NCBI GenBank assembly: GCA_943787795.1 | Contig: CALSNU010000002.1 | Coordinates: 448,001-512,000, forward strand | Length of the DNA stretch: 64,000 nucleotides | Source of the DNA: an uncultured bacterium | GTDB lineage: Bacteria > Planctomycetota > UBA1135 > GCA-002686595 | Reading direction: 5' to 3' | In this document: positions 57,245-64,000 of the stretch, one piece after another | Layout of the letters: each line of letters opens with the position of its first letter | How positions within the stretch are numbered: position 1 is the stretch's first letter | Notes under the pieces: generated by a model | Databases searched by the model: none | The model's input: the letters and a program-made list of their open reading frames with translations, nothing else | Told to the model about the DNA's origin: nothing | Translations under genes and position numbers: made by a program

Positions 57245-57617
57245 ATGACCGAGCACGAACCCCGGGGCCCCGAAGTCTTCACGACCGACGTCGACGGCGC
57301 CGCTGTGACCGAGCGATCGCCGCAGATGGTGGAGACGCCCCTGGGCAAGCTGGCCCTGGTCCGGGACGGAGAGCGGATCGTGGCCATCGACGCCTGGTGC
57401 CCCCCACCTGGATGGGCCGCTCTGGGAGGGATCCAGCGCGGGGGGAGAGATCGCGTGCCCCTGGCACCGGTGGCGCTACTCCCTCGCGACGGGGCGCTGC
57501 ACCTGGGCACCCAAGGGGGACGAGGAGGAAGCGGCTGAGACGTCCATCGATGTCCACGCCACCGCTCTGGACCCCCAGGGACGGGTTCAGTTGCTGCTCG
57601 GCGGCCGGCCCGGGTGA
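57245..57617 (+). pseudogene. Rieske [2Fe-2S] ferredoxin frameshifted at a C6 run (57400-57405); pseudogene or sequencing error
   Basis: Removing one C restores CPHLDGPL...IACPWHRWRY and an open frame to TGA 57617. Confidence 0.8.
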
Positions 57618-57763
57618 GCCTGACCTGCGAGGGGGCCTCACCTTGGACGGTCCCCCGGGGCCCCTCGCCCACTACACTCTCGGCCAGAGCCGGCGACATG
57701 GGTCGCCGATCGAGCACCCCTTCCCCATCAAGCACGGCGCGGCGCGCGCCAAGGTCGCACCCC

Positions 57764-59128
57764 ATGGGCCCCCTCAAATCCATCCTCGACGCGATCGGCT
57801 GCACGCCGCTGGTTGAGCTGCAGAAGGTCGGCAAGGAGACCGGCTGCCGCTTCCTCGTCAAGTGCGAGTTCATGAACGCCGGCGGCTCCGTCAAGGACCG
57901 CATCGGTCGGCGCATGGTGCTGGAAGCGGAGAAGTCCGGACGCATCAAGCCGGGCGACACCCTCATCGAGCCCACATCGGGGAACACCGGGATCGGCATG
58001 GCCCTCGCGGCCGCGGTGCGCGGCTACCGGATGATCATCACGATGCCGGAGAAGATGAGCCGCGAGAAGCAGGTCGTCCTCGAGGCGCTCGGAGCGGAGA
58101 TCATCCGCACCCCCAATGATGCCGCATGGGACGATCCCGAGAGCCACATCGGGGTCGCCAAGCAGCTGCAGAGCATGCTGCCCAACGCGCACATCCTCGA
58201 CCAGTACTCCAACGAGAACAACCCGCTGGCCCACTACGAGGGCACCGCGGTGGAAATCCTCGAGCAGACCGACGGCGGTCAGTTCGATTACTTCGTGTCC
58301 GGCGCCGGCACCGGCGGGACGCTCTCCGGCTGCGCACGCCGCCTGAAGGAAGACGCCCCGAACGTCCAGATCATCGGCGTCGACCCCGTCGGCTCGATCC
58401 TCGCCGGACCGGCGCCGATCGGCGCCTACAAGGTCGAAGGCATCGGCTACGACTTCATCCCCGACGTGCTGGACCGCGACCTCGTGGACGAGTGGGTGAA
58501 GAGCGAGGACCACCCCTCGTTCCTCATGGCGCGGCGCCTCATTCGCGAGGAGGGGCTGCTCTGCGGCGGCTCCTGCGGGACCGCGATGGCCGCGGCTGTC
58601 GAGGTGGCCGAGCGCGTGGGCCCGGGCAAGACCTTCGTGGTCATCCTCCCCGACAGCGTCCGCAACTACATGACCAAGTTCATGGACGACGGTTGGATGA
58701 AGCAGCACGGCTTCACGGAGCCGTCATGGGAGGAGGACTCCTGCGGCTCCCTCATCGGCCGGCTCCCCGCCCGTGAGGTCATCACCGCCAGCGGTGACCA
58801 GACCCTCAGCGACGCGATCGAGTGCATGAAGGAGGCCGGCATCAGTCAGCTCCCTGTGGTCGAGGCCGGCCGCCTCGTCGGCATCGTCACCGAGTCCGAT
58901 CTCCTGCGCCGGATCGTCGACGGTCGCGCCCAGCTGAGCGCCACCGTGGCCGAGATGATGTTCAGGAACGTGGAGACGGTCCACGAGAAGGACCCGGCCC
59001 GCAACCTCCTCGAGATGTTCTCGAGGGAGACCGTGGGCGTGGTCGTGAACGACGAGCACCACCCCGTCGGCATCCTGACCAAGATGGACATCGTCGACCA
59101 CCTGTCCTCCGCCAGGTCCAGCAGCTAG
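57764..59128 (+). CDS. cbs: Cystathionine beta-synthase (PLP domain plus CBS pair)
   Basis: GGSVKDRI, EPTSGNTG, GTGGT, YKVEGIGYDF, NYMTKF; C-terminal CBS domains. Confidence 0.88.
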   Translation: MGPLKSILDAIGCTPLVELQKVGKETGCRFLVKCEFMNAGGSVKDRIGRRMVLEAEKSGRIKPGDTLIEPTSGNTGIGMALAAAVRGYRMIITMPEKMSREKQVVLEALGAEIIRTPNDAAWDDPESHIGVAKQLQSMLPNAHILDQYSNENNPLAHYEGTAVEILEQTDGGQFDYFVSGAGTGGTLSGCARRLKEDAPNVQIIGVDPVGSILAGPAPIGAYKVEGIGYDFIPDVLDRDLVDEWVKSEDHPSFLMARRLIREEGLLCGGSCGTAMAAAVEVAERVGPGKTFVVILPDSVRNYMTKFMDDGWMKQHGFTEPSWEEDSCGSLIGRLPAREVITASGDQTLSDAIECMKEAGISQLPVVEAGRLVGIVTESDLLRRIVDGRAQLSATVAEMMFRNVETVHEKDPARNLLEMFSRETVGVVVNDEHHPVGILTKMDIVDHLSSARSSS

Positions 59129-59192
59129 CGCCCCCGCCTCAGCCGCCCGGAGACGGGACCGCTGAACGGGACAACCTGACGGGCGCGGCTGC

Positions 59193-61574
59193 TCAGCGGT
59201 CGCGCCCGTCGGCGTATCCGATCTGCTCAAGCTGCTGCTGCCCCTGGGCGCCAACGCCGAGGATCAGGGGCGGCCGCGATTCGACCGCGTCCTCGACCAG
59301 CTCGCGGATCCGACGCTCGCTGCTCAGGTCGTCCGCCGGACGCATGCCCGCCAGATCCCGCTGCTGCGCTGGATCTCCGATCACGTCGTAGACGCGCAGG
59401 TCGCCCTCCGCGGCGGGCGACGAGCCGAGCGGGTCGTCCTCCGAGGGGCGCACGCGCAGATGAGTCGTGGAGGAACCGCGACGGAGCCCATAGAGCTGCT
59501 GATAGCGGGCCTTGCCCCAGACACCCTTCGTGGTCTCGAAGAGCGCCTCGTCGGGCAGCTGATCCTCGACCAGCTGAATCTGGAGGCCGGGTGTCCGCAG
59601 GCTCGCTCCTGCCAGGTCCGCGAGGGTGGTCGGGACGTGGCGATTGGAGACCACGCCGACTCGGCGCCCGGCAGGGATACCGGGGCCGCGCATGACCAGC
59701 GGGGCCCGTACGAGCTCGTCGAAGACCTCGTGGCCGTGGCCGTGCCGACCGTGCTCGAAGAGCTCCTCCCCGTGGTCCGAGGTGAAGACCACGATGGTCC
59801 GCTCGGAGAGGTCCAGGCGGTCGAGCTCGTCCAGGAGCACGCCGAACCAACGGTCGCCTGTGGCGACGCTCGCGTCATAGAGCTGGCTCGAGTACTCGCT
59901 GATCTCCGGCGTCGGAGCAGGGTCGGAGGGGACGCCGTCGAGGCCCCGCTCCGGCCAGCCGGCGGGGGGGAGCGGGAGCTCCAGCCGCGCCGCCTCCGCG
60001 GGATGAGGCCGGTGCGGCGTGTGGGGGTCGACGAGGTGCAGGTAGAGGAAGAACCGCACCGGCGCGTGGGTCTCCAGCCACTGGAGAGCAGCGGGCATGA
60101 CCTCATCGGACATACGGAACTTGGGCACCTCGACCTCGAAGGTCTCGAAGCCCTGGTCGAAGTAGCGATTGGGCTCGACGATGGGGTTGCCCACAAAGGC
60201 CGCGGTGCTGTAGCCGCGCGCCTGAAGAGCCTCGGCCAGGGTGGGCAGGCGCTGGCTCAGAGTGCACGCCTTGGAGCTCTTGACGCCGTGCGAGTCGGGG
60301 AGCCGCCCGGTGAACAGAGACGCCGTGGACGGCCAGGTCCAGCTGGAGGTCGTGTAGGCGTCCTCGAACACGAGCCCCTCGCGGGCGAAGGCATCCAGCC
60401 TGGGCGTCGTCCGCCGCTCATAGCCGTAGAGGCCGAGGCGGTCGCGCCGCAGGGTGTCCATCACCACGTAGACGATGTTGGGGGCGTCCGGCGTGGCCAA
60501 GCGCCGGGGCTCACGGAACTCCTTCTCCAGCGTCACGCCCCCGAACCCAAGCTGGAGGCCCTCGGCGCCGAGCCCCTCGAGGAGCACCCGCTCCTCCTCC
60601 GAGTCCCACAGCAAGGCCGTCTCGAAGCGGAGGGATTCACCGCCGGTCACCGGCACCCCTGGACCGTCGGGGCCCGCGACGTGGCGCCAGCGGAAGACGC
60701 TCGTGTCCCAAACCCCCGCTGGCATGCGGCGGTGCTCGACCACCTCGGACCAGGCCTCGACGCCCTCCACGAGGATCCGGTAGCGCACCTTCAGGGCGTC
60801 CAGCTCGCGGGGCAGTCGCTGGACGACGGACCCGTCAGCACCCACCGAGGCCATCAGCCGGACCGAGCCGGCGGAGGCGGGCACCGTCATGGCCTGCGCA
60901 GCAGGCGGCGGCATGATGAGCGCGGGCTTGTCCCCGGTGTCGGTCTGCTGGTCCACCGCTGGCGTGAGCACCCCGACTCCTGGCTCGGCACCGGGGCGAG
61001 CTTGCAGTGTCTGGAAGAGATCGGGCGCCGCCACGAGGTCATAGAGCACGACCCGCACCGGGATGCCGGGGCTGTCCGCCTGAACGCGCGAGGCAGCCCA
61101 CCAGATGGGGCTGACTCCGAGCACCACACCAGCGACCAGCGCCACGCGCCCACGGAGACCGAGCGCGTCCACGGCGAACAGCCCTGCTGCGAGGAGCACG
61201 GCGGCGCCGATGCTCCCGGAGGTGAAGCCAACCGTGCCGCCGGGGAACCCCGAGAGGAAGGTCAGCATGAGCAAGGCCACCACAGCGCACACCGCCGCCC
61301 GCACCAGCCGCCTGCCAGTGCGCCGGCCGGCGGTCACCATGAGCATCCCCAGGGTGGTCGCGAAGAGCGCCTCGGCGAGGTGGTCCACCCAGCCGGTCGC
61401 GAGGGCCACCTGCTCGATGCTGCGAGCCTGATCGCCCAGCCGCGCGGGGACCGCGGCGATCTGCAGGGCGCCGCCGATCAGCGCCGCCAGCCCCCCGAGG
61501 AGGAAGGCGCCTGGAAACACCTCCAGGAAGACGTTGGGCCCACCAGAATCCGAGGTCGTGTGCGAGCCTTCCAT
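59193..61574 (-). CDS. Membrane-anchored sulfatase-like (alkaline phosphatase superfamily) hydrolase or transferase
   Basis: N-terminal transmembrane helices; DTLRRD, SSWTWPSTASL, DPHTPH, SDHGE. Confidence 0.8.
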   Translation of the reverse strand: MEGSHTTSDSGGPNVFLEVFPGAFLLGGLAALIGGALQIAAVPARLGDQARSIEQVALATGWVDHLAEALFATTLGMLMVTAGRRTGRRLVRAAVCAVVALLMLTFLSGFPGGTVGFTSGSIGAAVLLAAGLFAVDALGLRGRVALVAGVVLGVSPIWWAASRVQADSPGIPVRVVLYDLVAAPDLFQTLQARPGAEPGVGVLTPAVDQQTDTGDKPALIMPPPAAQAMTVPASAGSVRLMASVGADGSVVQRLPRELDALKVRYRILVEGVEAWSEVVEHRRMPAGVWDTSVFRWRHVAGPDGPGVPVTGGESLRFETALLWDSEEERVLLEGLGAEGLQLGFGGVTLEKEFREPRRLATPDAPNIVYVVMDTLRRDRLGLYGYERRTTPRLDAFAREGLVFEDAYTTSSWTWPSTASLFTGRLPDSHGVKSSKACTLSQRLPTLAEALQARGYSTAAFVGNPIVEPNRYFDQGFETFEVEVPKFRMSDEVMPAALQWLETHAPVRFFLYLHLVDPHTPHRPHPAEAARLELPLPPAGWPERGLDGVPSDPAPTPEISEYSSQLYDASVATGDRWFGVLLDELDRLDLSERTIVVFTSDHGEELFEHGRHGHGHEVFDELVRAPLVMRGPGIPAGRRVGVVSNRHVPTTLADLAGASLRTPGLQIQLVEDQLPDEALFETTKGVWGKARYQQLYGLRRGSSTTHLRVRPSEDDPLGSSPAAEGDLRVYDVIGDPAQQRDLAGMRPADDLSSERRIRELVEDAVESRPPLILGVGAQGQQQLEQIGYADGRDR

Positions 61575-61661
61575 CGGGTGGAGGGTACCAGTCCACTCCC
61601 GCGCCAATCCCGCCTGAGGGCCTTGAAGAACCCCTTCGGCACGCAATTAGTCTACTCTAGA

Positions 61662-63521
61662 TTATTTTACTTCCGTGTATTCTCCGCCGGAGTCCTCCGC
61701 GATCCCCTTCAAGAAGGAGCTCGCCGCCCCGATGGAGATGCAGTGGATCCGGATGCCGCGGACCGAATTCCAGCGCTCGACCTCCTCGCGGATCGCGACC
61801 GGATCCCCGTTCGGAATGCCGTCGGTGAGCAGGTAAATGGTGTCCACGATCTGGTCCTCGAAGGCCGCCGCGAGGCCCTCGTAGGCGTTGGTTCCCCCAC
61901 CTGCTCGCAGGCCCTCGACATAGAGCATCGAGTCCTCGCGGAGCGACTCGTCCATCTCGATCAAGACCTCCTCCATCGGGAGGGCGTTGTCGGCGAACGG
62001 GATGACGTTGAAGAGCGCCCCATCGCGGATGCGCTTGATGACGCCGTTGATCTGCTCTTTCGCGATGTCCAGCCGGGTCTTGCCGTCCTTGACCTTGGTG
62101 GTCATCGAACCGGACGTATCCACCACGAGGGCGAAGTGGTTCGAGATCACCGTCAGCCCGTAGAAGGACACCGCGGACATGCCCTCCTCGCTCTGGTTCG
62201 CCGCGAGCTCGGCCGCGACCTTGCGGGCCTCCTCGAGGGTGGGCATCTGGAAGCCCTCACCCTTGTCCCTCCAGAAGCTCCTCCACGACCCGACCCTGAA
62301 GCCCAGGTCCATCCCGGTCATCATCGTCAGCACGAAGTGGGCGTCGCCCCGGAGCCGCCCGTTCTCGCGGGAGAGGCACTCGATCAACGGCAAGATGGAG
62401 TCCACCTCGCGCCGCCGCCCGGTCTGGCGGATCGCCTCTGCGCGGACCGAGACGTCCTCGTCCTCGAGCAAGGCGTGCAAGGCGCCGAGCGCGTCCGGTC
62501 CCGAGCTCTCCGCGAGGAAGATCGCCGCGGCCTGACGGGCGACCGGGTCGGAGGAACGCGAGAGGCCCACCGCGCCCTTGCCGTTCGAGGTGGCTCGGAG
62601 GACCACGAGCAGGGCGAGGCGGCGAACGGCTGGATCTCGATCCTTGGTCAGCCTCGTCACCGCCGGCAGGCTCTCGGTGCCACCGCGGGTCGCCATGGCA
62701 TCCAGCGCGTAGTAGCGCAGCCGCGGGTCCTTGATCTGAAGCCCGCGGTAGAGCACCTGCTCGACCCCCTCATCCAGCGTCTGGCTCGTCCCGAAGGGAT
62801 GGGCCGCCATCGCGCGCAGGATGGTCTGGCGCATCTGATAGGTGCCCTTCTTGGACCCGACGTACCTGGCCATCCGCTTGAGCGCGTCCAGCTCACGGAA
62901 GGAGGCGAGCACGGCACAGGCCTGAGCCTGGGTACCGGAGCGTGGGGTGACCCAGGACTCGAGCACCAGGTCGAGCAGCTCCAGCTCACCGCGCTCGAGG
63001 ATCTCGGCCTGAAGTCCCCGCAAGGCAGCGGCACGCGACCCCGGGAGCTTGCCCTCCTTTGCAAGTTCGATGAGCGCCTCGGTGGCGCTGGCGCCGAAGC
63101 TCGCCAGAGCGTTCGCTGCCTGGGGCGCCTCCACCTTGTCGCGCCCCTTCGCGGCCCGCAGCGTGAGCCGAATCGCCTTGGGCCCGAGCTCCGCATCCGG
63201 GAGGAAGTGGCGCATGGCGCGGAAGATCGCGCGGAACCGGCCGACCGACTTGACCTGCGAGAGGGATCGCTCGAGCACGCCAAAAGACTGGGCCGTCCCG
63301 AGGACCCCGAGCTCCTCGAAGAGCGCGACCGGGGTCTTGTCCCCCTCCCGCCGGATGGTCGAGGAGATCTCCACCGCCCGATTCTGGGGCGCAGCGGCAG
63401 CGGCGCCGGAGGTCATGGAGCACGCCAGCAGGAGCCCCACCACCCACCGCCGGGAGCTCAGCAGGCGCCTGAGGGCTCCCGACCAGGGGCTCTCCGGGGA
63501 GTTCAGTTGGATCGAATGCAT
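61662..63521 (-). CDS. Secreted HEAT-repeat plus von Willebrand A domain protein
   Basis: DRDPAVR/DEDVSVR HEAT-like repeats; MIDAS DTSGSM, GGTN, LLTDG; start uncertain. Confidence 0.8.
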   Translation of the reverse strand: MHSIQLNSPESPWSGALRRLLSSRRWVVGLLLACSMTSGAAAAAPQNRAVEISSTIRREGDKTPVALFEELGVLGTAQSFGVLERSLSQVKSVGRFRAIFRAMRHFLPDAELGPKAIRLTLRAAKGRDKVEAPQAANALASFGASATEALIELAKEGKLPGSRAAALRGLQAEILERGELELLDLVLESWVTPRSGTQAQACAVLASFRELDALKRMARYVGSKKGTYQMRQTILRAMAAHPFGTSQTLDEGVEQVLYRGLQIKDPRLRYYALDAMATRGGTESLPAVTRLTKDRDPAVRRLALLVVLRATSNGKGAVGLSRSSDPVARQAAAIFLAESSGPDALGALHALLEDEDVSVRAEAIRQTGRRREVDSILPLIECLSRENGRLRGDAHFVLTMMTGMDLGFRVGSWRSFWRDKGEGFQMPTLEEARKVAAELAANQSEEGMSAVSFYGLTVISNHFALVVDTSGSMTTKVKDGKTRLDIAKEQINGVIKRIRDGALFNVIPFADNALPMEEVLIEMDESLREDSMLYVEGLRAGGGTNAYEGLAAAFEDQIVDTIYLLTDGIPNGDPVAIREEVERWNSVRGIRIHCISIGAASSFLKGIAEDSGGEYTEVK

Positions 63522-63672
63522 CGGCCGAGGAACGCCGTCTTGGCTGAGGCGGCTCCACGCGTCCATCGTACCGGAGGCGCGCGCAGCGTTGGCGAGGCCC
63601 GTTGGGACCCGATTCGGGTTCAGTGGCGGAGGCCATCTGGACGACCACTATCCCGCACCCGCGTGCACGACC

Positions 63673-64000
63673 ATGACCGAGTCTGACCCCATCGACGACC
63701 CGCTTGAGCCCTCCGGCCCCTCCACAGGCACGGGGCGGCCCCAGTTCCGGCTCGTGGCCGCGGACCCCACCGCGGATTCGGTCCGCGGCGGGTCCCCCGA
63801 TGAGACCGCAGGCGAGACCGAGTCCAAGGGCGCCGAGAGCGGCTGGGCGGAGGTCTCGAAGTACCTGCTGATCAACGGCGAGCCCTGGACGTCCAGGTGG
63901 GCCAAGGCTCCCGAGGGCTACGTGCGTGTCAAGGCCTCCATCCCCCTCGTGGCCTCCCTGGCGAGGATCAGGAGCCGCTCAGATGCCGCACTGGCGCTGA
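63673..64000 (+). CDS. Hypothetical protein, 3' end truncated by the window
   Basis: ATG 63673 (MTESDPIDD...) open to the window end; divergent from the vWA gene. Confidence 0.5.
   Translation, partial: MTESDPIDDPLEPSGPSTGTGRPQFRLVAADPTADSVRGGSPDETAGETESKGAESGWAEVSKYLLINGEPWTSRWAKAPEGYVRVKASIPLVASLARIRSRSDAALAL

Noticed and set aside
59460..63686. 1408-aa plus-strand ORF
   Set aside because: Antisense shadow of the sulfatase-like and vWA genes; no motifs; typical high-GC artefact.
1..64000. CRISPR arrays, transposases, integrases, rRNA/tRNA genes and selA/selB/selC/selD
   Set aside because: None recognised in this window.

Overview
High-GC bacterial window, probably from a planctomycete; the phylum is inferred from the sulfatases, a HEAT-vWA protein, a DUF3500-like protein and a characteristic C-terminal domain on a secreted enzyme. 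It carries a heme biosynthesis cluster (hemN, hemY, ccsA-like, hemA, hemC, hemD, hemL), gmhA, an MpaA-like peptidase, and two flagellar units (fliK-flgD-flgE and flgFGAHIJNKL), each preceded by a sigma-54 promoter motif. It also carries rpiA, two sulfatase-superfamily genes, secreted metallopeptidases, class II ribonucleotide reductase (nrdJ), murJ, gyrA, rnhC and cystathionine beta-synthase. The main hidden signal is that two extracytoplasmic redox genes, each split in two by the ORF track, have an in-frame TGA exactly where the first Cys of the thioredoxin CxxC motif belongs, with a hairpin just downstream. These are a DsbD-type reductase (FTGHT-U-VVC) and a secreted TlpA-like protein (FYGFW-U-PPC), both probable selenoproteins. 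The TlpA-like gene heads an apparent operon with a MauG-type (His/Tyr) diheme enzyme and a 1262-aa unknown heme c protein. No selenocysteine machinery genes, RNA genes, CRISPR arrays or mobile elements were seen.
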